Positions 26,935 through 37,656 are shown, counted from the stretch's first letter. The stretch: 50,254 nt of DNA from Gemmatimonadaceae bacterium (GCA_040374005.1 JBEIVF010000001.1:1-50254); one strand, 5' to 3'. Numbers and translations: made by a program. The notes: generated by a model from the letters alone, not told the origin.

Positions 26935-28650
26935 ATGGATCGGCGTTTCTTCACTGCTTTGTTGTTGACCGGCGCGGTCGTGTTGTTGACGCCGCTGCTG
27001 TTCCCGAGCTCGCGCCTCCCGGCGCCTGGTACGCCAGCGGCGGATAGTCTGGCTGCGGTCGCGCCCGCGAGTGCCACACCGGCCACGCCGCCGCCGGCGC
27101 CCGCCAGCGCGCCCACCGTTGGCGCACCGTCCGCGATGACGGGCATCGACCCGATCGCTGCGCAAGCGGTGATCCCGGTGGGCGAGGACACGCTGCAGAC
27201 GCCCCTGGCGCGGCTGCGCTTCTCCAACGTGGGCGGCGCCCTCGTGGGCGCGTCGTTCACCGCGTACCAGACGCTCGACGACACCACCGCCGCCGTCGAA
27301 CTCTCGCGCGGGACGGAGCCGTTGCTGCGCTTCCGGATCCAGGCAGGCGGCGATCCACTCGCCCTCGACGAGACGACGCTGCAACGCGAGCCGGCGCTCG
27401 ATCTGCCGAGCGGGATCGCGTATCGCGGTGTGGTGCGCGGCGTGCCGGTGCAGGTGTTGTGGAGCTTCGCGCCTGATTCGTATCAGGTGAAGATCAACGG
27501 CAAGGTGCAGCCGGTCGGCTATGTGGGCCGCGTGACGGTGCAGGCCGACGGACTGGCGCCGGGCGGCTTCTTGCTCGTGGATCTGCCGGAAGGATTCCGC
27601 AGCAGCGAGACGGATTCGCTGAGCGACTATCAGCATTTGGCGTATTCTTTTCGCTCGGTGGCCGACGGCGCCGATCTCGTGCGCTTCGGCAGCTTGGATC
27701 CGGGCGAGCGAGAAGTGATCCGCGGCCCGCTCACGTGGGCCGTGGCGAAGAGCAAGTATTTCTTGGTCGGACTGATCCCGACCGACTCGGTCGCGGGCTT
27801 CGCCGAGATGCAGGTGACGGGCACGCCGAAGAACGGCAAGCTCACCACGAACGGCAAGGCGACGGTGGTGGTGCCGCTGGTGAACGGCGCCGCGAGCATG
27901 GAGACGTACGTCGGCCCGCAGGAGTGGCGTCGCTTGGTGGCGATGGGCCGCGAGTTCGAGACGGCCAACCCGTACGGCGGCTTCATGCAGGGCGTGATCC
28001 AGCCGTTCGCGACGATCGTGATGCGCGTCCTGCTGTGGATGAAGGACACGCTCGAGTTGCCGTACGGCTGGACGCTGATCGCCTTCGGCTTCTTGATCCG
28101 CATCGTCCTGTGGCCGCTCAATCAGACGGCCATGCGCTCGAGCTTGAAGATGCAGATGGTGCAGCCCGAGATGCAGGCGGTGCAGAAGAAGTTCAAGAAC
28201 GACCCCGAGAAGCTGCGCACCGAGATGATGCGCATCTACAAGGACCACGGCATGAGTCCGTTCAGCGCGCTGAGCGGGTGTTTGCCGATGTTGATCCCGA
28301 TGCCGGTGTTGTTCGCGCTGTTCTTCGTGTTCCAGAACACCATCGAGTTCCGCGGTGTCGATTTCTTGTGGATGACGGACATCTCGCAGGCCGATCCGCT
28401 GTACATCCTGCCGCTCGTGATGGGCGCCTCGATGTTCGTGCTGAGCTGGATCGGGATGCGCAACGCACCGCCCAATCCGCAGGCGAAGATCATGTTGTAC
28501 GTGCTGCCGCTGATGATGATGTTCTTCTTGTTCAACTTCGCGGCCGGACTCAACCTGTACTACGCGGCGCAGAACATCGCGGCGTTGCCGCAGCAGTGGC
28601 TGATCGCCAATGAGCGCCTCAAGGCCACCAAGAAGGTCGCCGTCACCTAG
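26935..28650 (+). CDS. yidC: membrane protein insertase YidC
   Basis: 571 aa. An N-terminal TM segment is followed by a large periplasmic domain and a conserved C-terminal 5-TM core (WTLIAFGFLIRIVLWPL, GCLPMLIPMPVLFALFF). Confidence 0.93.
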   Translation: MDRRFFTALLLTGAVVLLTPLLFPSSRLPAPGTPAADSLAAVAPASATPATPPPAPASAPTVGAPSAMTGIDPIAAQAVIPVGEDTLQTPLARLRFSNVGGALVGASFTAYQTLDDTTAAVELSRGTEPLLRFRIQAGGDPLALDETTLQREPALDLPSGIAYRGVVRGVPVQVLWSFAPDSYQVKINGKVQPVGYVGRVTVQADGLAPGGFLLVDLPEGFRSSETDSLSDYQHLAYSFRSVADGADLVRFGSLDPGEREVIRGPLTWAVAKSKYFLVGLIPTDSVAGFAEMQVTGTPKNGKLTTNGKATVVVPLVNGAASMETYVGPQEWRRLVAMGREFETANPYGGFMQGVIQPFATIVMRVLLWMKDTLELPYGWTLIAFGFLIRIVLWPLNQTAMRSSLKMQMVQPEMQAVQKKFKNDPEKLRTEMMRIYKDHGMSPFSALSGCLPMLIPMPVLFALFFVFQNTIEFRGVDFLWMTDISQADPLYILPLVMGASMFVLSWIGMRNAPPNPQAKIMLYVLPLMMMFFLFNFAAGLNLYYAAQNIAALPQQWLIANERLKATKKVAVT

Positions 28651-29989
28651 CGCGGGGGACGCGCTGTTCGGCGACACGATCGCCGCGATCGCGACCGCCC
28701 CCGGCCGGGGCGCGGTCGCGATCGTGCGTTTGAGCGGGCCGGAGGCGGCCTCCATCGCTGCGCAGTGCGTGGCGCCGTGGCCCGTGGCGCCGCGCGTAGT
28801 GTCGCGCGCGGTGGTGCACCGTGACGACGGCACGCTCGTCGACGATGGCCTCGTGACGTGGTTCCCCGCGCCGCACTCGTTCACCGGTGAGGACACGGTG
28901 GAGTTCGCGGGCCACGGCGGCATGATGGCGCCGGCCGCGGCGCTCGCCGCGTTCGTGCGCGCGGGCGCGCGGCCCGCGCTCCCCGGCGAGTTCACCCGCC
29001 GCGCGGTGCTCAACGGCAAACTCGATCTGCTCCAAGCCGAAGCGCTCGGCGACGTGATCGACGCCCCCACGGGCGCCGTGCAGCGTGCCGCGACGGCGCA
29101 ACTCAGCGGCGCCTTGTCGCAGCGCATCACCGATGTGCGCGAATCGTTGCTCGAACTCGAAGCGCTGCTCGCCTACGACATCGACTTCCCGATGGAGGAC
29201 GACGGGCCCGTGGCGCGTGAACGCATCACCGCGGCGGTGGACGAGAGCCTCGGCGCCCTCGCGGCGCTGTTAGCGACGGTGCCGGTGGCGCGCATCGCCC
29301 GCGAAGGCGCGGTCGTCGTGCTCGCTGGCGCGCCGAACACCGGGAAGTCGTCGCTGTTCAACGCGCTGCTCGGTGAGCAGCGGGCGCTGGTGACCGCGAT
29401 CGCCGGCACGACGCGCGATGCCATTGACGCCATCGTCGAGGCGGAGCCGTATCCGTGGCGCGTCGTGGACACCGCGGGGTGGCGCGACACCGACGACGAA
29501 CTTGAGCGCCTCGGGATCGAGGTGAGCGCGCAGTGGTTGGCGCGCGCCGATGTGGTGCTGTTGTGTGGAGCGTCGGCGACCGAGCGGGCGCTCGTGCACG
29601 AGGCGATCCGGGCGCGGACGGGCGCGGCGCTGGTCGGTGTGCACACGAAGGCCGATCAGTCGGCGAGCAACGACAGTGCGGTCGCCGTCAGCGCGCGCGA
29701 TGGGACGGGGCTTCTCGCGCTGCGCGCGGCGATCAGTGGGGCGCTGGACGCACGCTATCCTGCGCCGTCCGTGCCGCTCGTGTTGCAAGCACGTCAGGCC
29801 GCGGCGCTCGAGCGGGCGCACGAGGAGCTCGCGGCGTTTCGCGCGGTGTGGATCGCCGACGCGATCCCCGCGACGGTCGCCGCGGTGCATGTGCGTGCGG
29901 CGGTCCTGGCGCTCGACGAGATGATCGGCGCCGTGGACACGGAGGATGTGTTGGGTCGCGTCTTCGCGCGGTTCTGCGTGGGGAAGTAG
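28610..29989 (+). CDS. mnmE: tRNA modification GTPase MnmE (TrmE)
   Basis: DTIAAIATAPGRGAVAIVRLSG, G-domain motifs GAPNTGKSSL and DTAG, and the C-terminal FCVGK motif. The only canonical start (ATG at 28610) overlaps yidC by 41 nt. Confidence 0.92.
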   Translation: MSASRPPRRSPSPSAGDALFGDTIAAIATAPGRGAVAIVRLSGPEAASIAAQCVAPWPVAPRVVSRAVVHRDDGTLVDDGLVTWFPAPHSFTGEDTVEFAGHGGMMAPAAALAAFVRAGARPALPGEFTRRAVLNGKLDLLQAEALGDVIDAPTGAVQRAATAQLSGALSQRITDVRESLLELEALLAYDIDFPMEDDGPVARERITAAVDESLGALAALLATVPVARIAREGAVVVLAGAPNTGKSSLFNALLGEQRALVTAIAGTTRDAIDAIVEAEPYPWRVVDTAGWRDTDDELERLGIEVSAQWLARADVVLLCGASATERALVHEAIRARTGAALVGVHTKADQSASNDSAVAVSARDGTGLLALRAAISGALDARYPAPSVPLVLQARQAAALERAHEELAAFRAVWIADAIPATVAAVHVRAAVLALDEMIGAVDTEDVLGRVFARFCVGK

Positions 29990-29995
29990 GGAGAC

Positions 29996-30991
29996 CTAAG
30001 CGGACTGCGCCGCGCTGGCCGAGCTCACGGCGAGCAACTCATCCGCCGACGCGCGGAGCGCCCACGCGATCCCGTGCTCCCGCACGGCGGTCTCCACGAG
30101 CTGCGCGCCGATCAGGTAGCCAGCGCGCTCGGGGAGCACCACGCGCTCGAACGTGCGCGCCGCCGCGCTCATCCCGCCCGAGAGATACTTGAGGCGTAGC
30201 CCCAGTCCCGCGCGGTCGAGGTCCGCCGCGATGGCCCGGTGCGCCACACTCGCCAGCTCGCGCGCCTGCGCGAACTCGCGCCGCGCATAGCCGAAGTACT
30301 CCCACGCCGCGTGCCCCGGGCTCACCGCCCGCGATGCCTGCACGGCGAGGCCTTCGTTGACCACCAGCTCGCCGAGCGGGGCCTGGCGGCCCGTTTCCCA
30401 GTACGAGTAGTTGCCGCCCGCGCAGGCGACCAACGACTTCATCACGCTGCGGCTGGCCGGCGAGGTGTAGCGGATCGCGTGCGCGATCTCGTGCGCGAGC
30501 CACATCGGGATGAGCTCGGGATCGAGCCCCAGCCCGTGCGTCGCCGGATTGGCGACCCCCGTGAAGTGCTCCAGCGCGACGAACACCACGCCGCGGCCGT
30601 TCACCACCAACTCGCCGGCATTCGCCGCGCCGACGCCCACCATGAGCACGATGTCCACCGCACAGTCCTGCGCGAACAGCTCCACGCAGCGCTCCTCGGC
30701 GTGCCGCGCGAGCGCGATCACGTCGGCGTGCGCGAGCATCGCGCGGAGGTCGTCGCGCGGCGCGAGCGCGGCGGCGCGCATGACGTCGCGCGCCAGCGGG
30801 CCGTCAGGGTCGACGACGTAGTTGTGCCAGTACGCGCGCAGCAACGGGGCGTGCGCGGCGAAGTACCGATCGTAGGCGGCTACCGGGTCCGCGGATCCAG
30901 CGACAGCGAGGAAATCCGGCAGCAGATTGATGAGCATCGTCTCGGTCTGGGCGGCGCGGGGGTGGGAACGCGACCGCGCGGAATGATACAT
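29996..30991 (-). CDS. predicted HExxH zinc-dependent protease-like protein (DUF2268-like)
   Basis: 331 aa with the motif WLAHEIAHAIRY. The family assignment is an impression. An alternative start is the second Met at 30937. Confidence 0.6.
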   Translation of the reverse strand: MYHSARSRSHPRAAQTETMLINLLPDFLAVAGSADPVAAYDRYFAAHAPLLRAYWHNYVVDPDGPLARDVMRAAALAPRDDLRAMLAHADVIALARHAEERCVELFAQDCAVDIVLMVGVGAANAGELVVNGRGVVFVALEHFTGVANPATHGLGLDPELIPMWLAHEIAHAIRYTSPASRSVMKSLVACAGGNYSYWETGRQAPLGELVVNEGLAVQASRAVSPGHAAWEYFGYARREFAQARELASVAHRAIAADLDRAGLGLRLKYLSGGMSAAARTFERVVLPERAGYLIGAQLVETAVREHGIAWALRASADELLAVSSASAAQSA

Positions 30992-31098
30992 CCGCTCGTG
31001 AATGCGAACAAGTGAGGCCAGGCAAGCCGCCGGCCGGTCCGGGGTCGGGGATGATGCCGCAGATGCAGCCGTGCGGAGTCGTGGCTAGCTTGTCGCCC

Positions 31099-31275
31099 AT
31101 GCGTGAATACCAAGCGGTGATGCTCCGACTGACGCGCCACGAGCGCGACGACGAAGAAGCGTTGACGGATCTGCTGAACGAGCGGAGCCGCGGCGGGTGG
31201 GAATTGGCGTCCGTGACGCAAGACGGGACCCGGATGACGGTCGTGTTCCAGCGCACGGCCGAGTCGGAGACGTGA
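31099..31275 (+). CDS. DUF4177-like small protein
   Basis: An internal ATG gives MREYQAVMLRLTRHERDDEEALTDLLNERSRGGWELASVTQDGTRMTVVFQR, which has the typical DUF4177 size and pattern. Confidence 0.6.
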   Translation: MREYQAVMLRLTRHERDDEEALTDLLNERSRGGWELASVTQDGTRMTVVFQRTAESET

Positions 31276-32660
31276 GCATCGAGATCGAGTTCGCGGGCGC
31301 GGCCCGCGAGGTGACGGGGTCGTGCCATATCGTGCGCGCCGCCGGTCGCACGGTGATGCTCGATTGCGGGCTGTTCCAAGGACGGCGGGCGGACTCCGCG
31401 GCGAAGAACCGCACCCTCCCACTGGACGTGGCCGAGTTGGATGCGATCGTGCTGTCGCACGCGCACATCGACCACGCGGGACGGCTCCCGTTCTTGGTCG
31501 GCGCGGGATACCGCGGCCCGATCTTCTGCACGCCCGCCACGCGCGACCTGTGCGCCCTGATGCTCGCGGACTCCGCGCACATCCAGACCAAGGACGCGGA
31601 GTTCTTGGCGCGTCGCGGGCGCGAGTACGTGGAGCCGCTGTATGGACAGCGCGAGGTGGTCCAGACGCTCTCGCAGATGATCGCGGTGCCGTATGAGCGC
31701 GCGCTCGCGGTGACGCCGGGCTTCGTCGTGACCTTCGTGGATGCGGGGCACATCCTCGGCTCGGCCAGCGTGATGCTCGACATCACCGCCGACGACACCA
31801 CGCGGCGCTTGGTGTTCTCGGGCGATGTCGGCCGCAAGGACTTGCCGATCATCCGCGATCCGGTGGTGCCGACGGGCGCGCACGCGCTGATCGTGGAATC
31901 GACGTACGGGGATCGCGATCACGCCTCGGTGAGCGGCGCCCGCGACGAGCTCGCGCGCGTGGTGCGTGAGACGGCGGCCCGCGGCGGACGGATCCCGATC
32001 CCGGCGTTCGCCGTCGGGCGCACGCAGGAGATCGTGTACGAGCTCCACGAGCTGCTGGACGAGGGTGCGATCCCCGCGATCCCCATCTACATCGACAGTC
32101 CGTTGGCCTCCGGCGTGACGGGCGTGTTCGAGATGCACCCCGAGATGTACGATCAGAGCGAGTCGGGCGTGCGCACCTTGGGTCGGTTGTTCCGGGATGA
32201 TCGCGTGCGGTTCACGCGCGATGTGGACGAGTCGAAGCGCTTGAACCAAGCGACGGGACCGATGGTGATCATCGCCGCGTCGGGCATGGCCGAGTCGGGC
32301 CGGATCCTGCACCACTTGGCGCATGGGGCGAGCGACCCCCGCAACACGGTGTTGATCGTCGGCTTCATGGCGGAGCACACGTTGGGGCGGCGGTTGGTGG
32401 AGCGCGCGCCGGTCCTCCGCATCTACGGCGAGGAGATCCCGTTCCGCGCGCACGTCGAGATCATCTCGGGGTATAGCGCCCACGCGGACCGCGTGGAGTT
32501 ACGGCAGTGGATCGACGCGCTGCGGGCGCAGTCACCGTCACTGGGTCCGATCTGGCTGGTGCACGGTGAGGCGTCGGCCCAGGATGCCTTGGCCGATGCG
32601 TTGGCGGCCGATCACCTGCAGGTCTCCACGCCCGAACCCGGGTCGCGGCACACGTGGTGA
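31272..32660 (+). CDS. MBL-fold metallo-hydrolase, beta-CASP RNA/DNA nuclease family
   Basis: The GTG at 31272 overlaps the preceding stop (GTGA). FAGAAREVTGSCHIV, the metallo-beta-lactamase motif SHAHIDHAG, and length and C-terminal motifs consistent with beta-CASP. Confidence 0.85.
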   Translation: MSIEIEFAGAAREVTGSCHIVRAAGRTVMLDCGLFQGRRADSAAKNRTLPLDVAELDAIVLSHAHIDHAGRLPFLVGAGYRGPIFCTPATRDLCALMLADSAHIQTKDAEFLARRGREYVEPLYGQREVVQTLSQMIAVPYERALAVTPGFVVTFVDAGHILGSASVMLDITADDTTRRLVFSGDVGRKDLPIIRDPVVPTGAHALIVESTYGDRDHASVSGARDELARVVRETAARGGRIPIPAFAVGRTQEIVYELHELLDEGAIPAIPIYIDSPLASGVTGVFEMHPEMYDQSESGVRTLGRLFRDDRVRFTRDVDESKRLNQATGPMVIIAASGMAESGRILHHLAHGASDPRNTVLIVGFMAEHTLGRRLVERAPVLRIYGEEIPFRAHVEIISGYSAHADRVELRQWIDALRAQSPSLGPIWLVHGEASAQDALADALAADHLQVSTPEPGSRHTW

Positions 32661-33232
32661 CGACGGGGACTCGTCGCGGCTCGGCCTCGACGCGGCTCGT
32701 CGAGGCGGCGCTGTCGTTGCTGTGCGTGGATGGCGCGAGCGGCGTGAGCGTGCAGCGCGTGGCCGATGCGGCGGGGGTGAGCAAGGGGCTCGTGCACTAT
32801 CACTTCAAGGACAAGGACGCGTTGCTGACGGCGTGCGCCGATGCGTTGGTGACGGATCTGATCGCCCGCGACGAATTGGCGCGGCGCGGCCGCACGGCGG
32901 CCACGCTCCTCGATGCGCTGTGGCAGTCCGTGCGGTCGTCGTTGGTGGATGGGCGTCGCCGCGCGTTGATGGCGCTCTACGCCGAGTCGCCGGCCGGCGT
33001 CCGCGAGGCGCTCGCGCGGCTGGCCCGCGACCGGCATGCGGCGGCGACCGCCGTGCTCGGGACGCTGGAGGACGTGCTCGGCTGGACCCCGCGCGTCCCG
33101 CGTTCCACCCTCGCGGCGGCGTACGTGGCCCTCGCCGACGGTCTCGCGTTGGATGCAGCGGTGCGTCCGGATGCCGATCAACGGCACGCGTTCGACGCGT
33201 TCTGGTTCGCGGTGCTGTCGGACGGCAGCTGA
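32654..33232 (+). CDS. TetR/AcrR family transcriptional regulator
   Basis: N-terminal HTH VSVQRVADAAGVSKGLVHYHFKDKDALL. The gene overlaps the preceding gene end. Confidence 0.85.
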   Translation: MVTTGTRRGSASTRLVEAALSLLCVDGASGVSVQRVADAAGVSKGLVHYHFKDKDALLTACADALVTDLIARDELARRGRTAATLLDALWQSVRSSLVDGRRRALMALYAESPAGVREALARLARDRHAAATAVLGTLEDVLGWTPRVPRSTLAAAYVALADGLALDAAVRPDADQRHAFDAFWFAVLSDGS

Positions 33233-33281
33233 TGGGCCGGGAGTGTCCCGCCACTGTGCGGGGCACTAGACTGAGCGACCT

Positions 33282-33887
33282 ATGATCGGTGTGCGTCGGT
33301 GGTCCGTGCGTCGGCTCCTCGTGGGTGGGATCGGGGGGCTCGTCCTGTTGTGGGGATCACTCATCGCGACCGTCGTGTATGTCGGCGCCACGGATGATCG
33401 GCGGCCGAGCGATGCCATCGTGGTCCTCGGGGCTGCGCAATACGCGGGCCGGCCCTCGCCCGTGCTAGCCGCGCGTCTCGACCATGCGTTGGCGTTGTGG
33501 CAAGAAGGCGTTGCTCCGCTGGTGGTCCTGACGGGCGGCACGGGCGATGGGGACACGACGAGCGAAGCCGCGGTCGGTGGTCGGTACCTGCGCTCGCGTG
33601 GGGTGCCCGACTCGTTACTGCTGCTGGAGGAGGATGGACGCACCACGAGTCAGTCGGTGCGACGGGCCGCCGAGATCCTGCAGGCCCGCGGGCAGGTGCG
33701 CGTGGTGCTCGTGAGCGATCCGTTCCATGCGCTCCGGGCGCGCGTGTTGGCGTGGCGCTGGGGTCTCGACGCGGTGACGTCCCCGACGCGCACCAGCCCG
33801 ATCGCGCGGACGCCCTCGCGCGAATGGCGATATGTGGTGATGGAAGCCGTGAAGGTCCCGGTCGCGGCGTTGGTGCCTACATGGTAG
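33282..33887 (+). CDS. YdcF/ElyC family (DUF218) protein
   Basis: An N-terminal TM segment is followed by DAIVVLGAAQYAGRPSPVLAARLDHALALWQEGVAPLVVLTGG and LVSDPFHALRA. Confidence 0.8.
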   Translation: MIGVRRWSVRRLLVGGIGGLVLLWGSLIATVVYVGATDDRRPSDAIVVLGAAQYAGRPSPVLAARLDHALALWQEGVAPLVVLTGGTGDGDTTSEAAVGGRYLRSRGVPDSLLLLEEDGRTTSQSVRRAAEILQARGQVRVVLVSDPFHALRARVLAWRWGLDAVTSPTRTSPIARTPSREWRYVVMEAVKVPVAALVPTW

Positions 33888-33961
33888 CCTGTCCGCACTG
33901 GCGCCGAGGGCGCCGTCCGGCGAGGATTCGGCAGTCCTTCACACGAACCACAGAGCTTTCG

Positions 33962-34393
33962 ATGCCTTCCCTGCTGCGCCCGTTGTTGTTGCTCGTTGCC
34001 GTTCTCGCCGTCGCGTGCGGTGGTGACGACGATCCGATCGCACCCGTGACGGAGCAGACCGTCGTCGGCGCGTGGAACCTGCGTGGCGTGAACGGTGGTC
34101 CCATCCCCTTCGCGCTCGCCCAGACGGTCGACGTACTCCTGCAGGTGCGGAGTGGCACGATCACGCTCACGGCGGACAAGCGGTATCGCGACGTCCAAGA
34201 TTTCCGCATCTCGCGGTCGGGGCAATCTGATACGCTCTTCTCGGACACCATCTCCGGACGCTGGACGTTGGTGGGCAACGAGATGACCGTTGCCGTTGAC
34301 GAGATCGATGGTGGGGGACAGATCCCGTTGCTGTTCGTGAACAATCGGCTCTTGAAGATCGAGTCCGGCTTCACGTACAACTACCGCAAGTAG
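33962..34393 (+). CDS. hypothetical lipoprotein (143 aa)
   Basis: The ATG at 33962 gives MPSLLRPLLLLVAVLAVACGG (lipobox). The upstream part of the track ORF overlaps ydcF in another frame. Confidence 0.6.
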   Translation: MPSLLRPLLLLVAVLAVACGGDDDPIAPVTEQTVVGAWNLRGVNGGPIPFALAQTVDVLLQVRSGTITLTADKRYRDVQDFRISRSGQSDTLFSDTISGRWTLVGNEMTVAVDEIDGGGQIPLLFVNNRLLKIESGFTYNYRK

Positions 34394-34419
34394 CCGACGC
34401 GCGCGCGGGGGACGGGAGG

Positions 34420-35703
34420 ATGCAACTACCGATCGAGACCTATCGGTTGGCGAACGGCTTGCGCGTGACGCTCTCTCCGGACCGGACCGCGCCGATCGTC
34501 GCGGTGAATCTGTGGTACCACGTGGGCTCGGCGAACGAGCGCGCTGGGCGCACGGGTTTAGCGCATCTGTTCGAGCACATGCTGTTCCAAGGCTCCGAGC
34601 ACGTCGGCGTCAACGAGCACTTCGAGCTGGTGCAGCGCGCCGGCGGGACGCTCAATGGCTCCACGTGGCTCGACCGCACCAATTACTTCGAGACGATGCC
34701 GTCCCACCAAGTGGGATTGGCGTTGTGGCTCGAAGCGGATCGCATGGGGCACCTGTTGCCGGCGATGACGCAGGAGAAGCTCGACCTGCAGCGCGATGTC
34801 GTGAAGAACGAGCGTCGCTGGTCGGTGGACAACCGTCCGTACGGCACGTGGTGGGAACGACTGCCCGCGGTGTGTTTCCCGCCCGAGCATCCGTTCCATC
34901 ACTCGCTGATCGGCTCGATGGATGATCTCTCGGCGGCCACGCTCGAGGACATCGCCGGATTCTTCGCGACGTACTACACGCCGGACAATGCCGTGCTCAC
35001 CGTGGCGGGCGACTTCGACACGGCGGAGGTGCAGCGCGTGATCGAGACGTACTTCGGGGCGATCCCGCGCGGGAGCGCGCGGCCGCCGCTCCCACCGATG
35101 ACCCTGCCCGACACGTTCGGCGGGTGGCGCCGCGAGACGGTCGAAGATGACGTGGCGTTGCCGCGGTTGTTCCTCGCGTGTCGCATCCCGCCGTTCGGGA
35201 GCGAGACGTGGTACGCCGGGTCTATGGTGGCGGCCGTGCTCGGCTTGCGCCGCGGGAGTCGGTTGCATCGCACGCTGGTGCGGGAGCAACAGATCGCGGT
35301 CGACACCTCGGCGTTCACGTACGACCTGGCCAAGGGGAGCGACTTGCTGGTGATCGACGCGACGGCCCGGCCGGGCATCAGCGCCGAGGCACTCGAAGCC
35401 GCCGTGGCCGGGGAGCTCGATCGCGTGCTCGCGGACGGTGTACACGAGCACGAACTCGCGCGGGCCCGCGCGATCATCGAGACCGACTACTTGACCGCGA
35501 TCCAGAGTGCGCAGGACCGCGCGGATCGTCTCTCGATGTTCGCCACGTACTTCGATGACCCGAGGCGCGTGAACACCGAGCTCGAGCGCTATCGCGCAGT
35601 CACGGTGGCGCAGGTGCAGGCGTTCGCGCAGCAGTATCTCGGAGCGGACAATCGCGCGTCGTTGTCCTACATCCCGCGCGTGGCCGCCGCGGAGGTCGCA
35701 TGA
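34420..35703 (+). CDS. M16 family zinc peptidase (active subunit)
   Basis: Inverted zinc motif HLFEHMLFQG (HxxEH). 427 aa. GGGAGG Shine-Dalgarno upstream. Confidence 0.9.
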   Translation: MQLPIETYRLANGLRVTLSPDRTAPIVAVNLWYHVGSANERAGRTGLAHLFEHMLFQGSEHVGVNEHFELVQRAGGTLNGSTWLDRTNYFETMPSHQVGLALWLEADRMGHLLPAMTQEKLDLQRDVVKNERRWSVDNRPYGTWWERLPAVCFPPEHPFHHSLIGSMDDLSAATLEDIAGFFATYYTPDNAVLTVAGDFDTAEVQRVIETYFGAIPRGSARPPLPPMTLPDTFGGWRRETVEDDVALPRLFLACRIPPFGSETWYAGSMVAAVLGLRRGSRLHRTLVREQQIAVDTSAFTYDLAKGSDLLVIDATARPGISAEALEAAVAGELDRVLADGVHEHELARARAIIETDYLTAIQSAQDRADRLSMFATYFDDPRRVNTELERYRAVTVAQVQAFAQQYLGADNRASLSYIPRVAAAEVA

Positions 35704-37079
35704 GCACGCCCTTCCCGCCACGCCCGGTCGCTGCCACGCCACGGCCGTATCACTTCCCGCTGGTGCAGCGCGCGCCACTGGCGCGCGGCGCGCAACTCAT
35801 CGTGGCGCCGCTGCCGCGTGTGCCGCTGGTCTCGGTGATCCTCGTCTTCCATGCGGCGGGCGCGGACGCGGATCCCGCTGGTGCGGAAGGACTCGCGTCG
35901 CTGACCGCCGCGCTCCTCCTCGAGGGCTCGGTCGCGCGGCCGGGCATGGCGCTCACGGATGCGTTCGAAGCGCTCGGCTCCTCGCTCTCGTGCCAGGCGG
36001 ATTGGGACGCGACCACGGTGGGCTTCACCGTGCAACCGCAGCATCTCGAGGCGGCGTTGGCGTTGGCGACAGAGGTCGTGCGCACCCCGGCGTTCCCCGC
36101 CACGGAACTCGCACGCGTGCAGGCTGAGCATGCCTCGGATCGGTTGCAGGGGCTGACGGAGCCGCGGGCGTTGGCGGAGTTCGCGACGCACTGGTGTGTG
36201 TACGGCAGCGCGTCACGGTATCGTCGGTCGATCAGTGGGACGACCGCCAGTGTGGCGGCGCTCGACACGACCGCCGTGCAACGGTTCTGGGCGACGCGCT
36301 ACGCGCCGGGCACGCTCAGCGTGATCATGACGGGCGACATCACGCTCGAGCGTGCGGCGCGCGGCGCGGAGGCGTTGTTGGCGGGGTGGGACGTCGCGGC
36401 GCCCCCGCCGGTCGCGCTGATCACCGACGCGCGGCACGCGTCGCCGCACATCCACGTGGTGCACCGTCCGGATGCGCCGCAGAGCGAACTGCGCCTCGCG
36501 CGCGTGGGCGTCCCGCGGGTGCATCCGGATTACTTCGCGCGCACGTTGATGAACGCGATCTTCGGCGGGCTGTTCTCGTCGCGGATCAATCTCAACTTGC
36601 GGGAGCGCAACGGCTACACGTACGGCGCCCACGCGGGGTTCGATTGGCGGCGCGCGGCCGGACCGTGGACCGCCTCGACGGCCGTGGGGACCGAGGTGAC
36701 CGTGGCCGCCGCGCGCGAACTGCGTCACGAGATCGCGCAGATGCAGGCCGCTCCCGTCACGAGCGATGAACTGTCGCTGGCCACGAGCTTCCTCACGGGC
36801 GTGTTCCCGCTGCGCTTCGAATCCACGCAAGCGGTGGCCGGCGCGCTCACGTCGCAAGCGATCCTCGGACTGCCGACGGATTACTACGACACGTATCGTG
36901 CGGCGATCACTGCCGTGACCGCCGACGCGATCCAACAGATCGCCGTGGAGCACTTCGCGCCCCACGCCCTGCAGATGATCGTCGTGGGCGACCTCACTGC
37001 ATTGCGGGACGACCTCACCGCGTTGGCGTTCGGCCCCATCGTCGAGTACGACGTCGAGACGATCGAGCGCGCGCCGTGA
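35700..37079 (+). CDS. M16 family peptidase-like protein (no HxxEH, probable non-catalytic partner)
   Basis: 459 aa. ATGA overlap with the preceding M16 gene. The length and pattern follow the M16 fold, but the zinc motif is absent. Confidence 0.8.
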   Translation: MSTPFPPRPVAATPRPYHFPLVQRAPLARGAQLIVAPLPRVPLVSVILVFHAAGADADPAGAEGLASLTAALLLEGSVARPGMALTDAFEALGSSLSCQADWDATTVGFTVQPQHLEAALALATEVVRTPAFPATELARVQAEHASDRLQGLTEPRALAEFATHWCVYGSASRYRRSISGTTASVAALDTTAVQRFWATRYAPGTLSVIMTGDITLERAARGAEALLAGWDVAAPPPVALITDARHASPHIHVVHRPDAPQSELRLARVGVPRVHPDYFARTLMNAIFGGLFSSRINLNLRERNGYTYGAHAGFDWRRAAGPWTASTAVGTEVTVAAARELRHEIAQMQAAPVTSDELSLATSFLTGVFPLRFESTQAVAGALTSQAILGLPTDYYDTYRAAITAVTADAIQQIAVEHFAPHALQMIVVGDLTALRDDLTALAFGPIVEYDVETIERAP

Positions 37080-37627
37080 CGGAACCGGGGAAGGTCGGCG
37101 GGCGTCGGGTGCACCAAGGGCGCGTCATCGCGCTCGACATCGACACGGTGCGCTATCCCGATGGGAGCACCGGCGAGATGGAGGTGATCCGCCATCCGGG
37201 CGCGAGCGCGATCGTCCCGGTGCTGGGCGACGCACACGAGGCCGATCCCACCATCCTGCTCATCCAGCAGTACCGGTACGCCACCGGCGGCATGCTCTTT
37301 GAGATCCCAGCGGGCCGGCTCGACGCGGGCGAGGATCCCGCCGTGTGCGCGGCGCGCGAGCTGCGTGAGGAAACGGGATGCGTGGCGGCGCAGGTGACCC
37401 ATCTGTTCACGATGTTCACGACGCCCGGCTTCACCGACGAGGTGATCCATCTGTACGCCGCGACCGGGCTCACCCGCGGCGCGGCGGCGCGCGAGGCGCA
37501 CGAGTTCATCGAGCTGCTCGAGGTCCCGCTCTCCGCGGCGCTGGCGATGGTGGACCGTGGTGAGATCCGCGATGCCAAAACGGCGCTCGGCCTACTCTAC
37601 TTCGCCCGTTCTCGCGCCGCCCGCTAG
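37076..37627 (+). CDS. NUDIX hydrolase (ADP-ribose pyrophosphatase-like)
   Basis: Nudix box GRLDAGEDPAVCAARELREETG. GTGA overlap with the upstream gene. Confidence 0.88.
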   Translation: MTEPGKVGGRRVHQGRVIALDIDTVRYPDGSTGEMEVIRHPGASAIVPVLGDAHEADPTILLIQQYRYATGGMLFEIPAGRLDAGEDPAVCAARELREETGCVAAQVTHLFTMFTTPGFTDEVIHLYAATGLTRGAAAREAHEFIELLEVPLSAALAMVDRGEIRDAKTALGLLYFARSRAAR

Positions 37628-37656
37628 GCCGCTCAGGCAACCCTGGTGGGAATAGT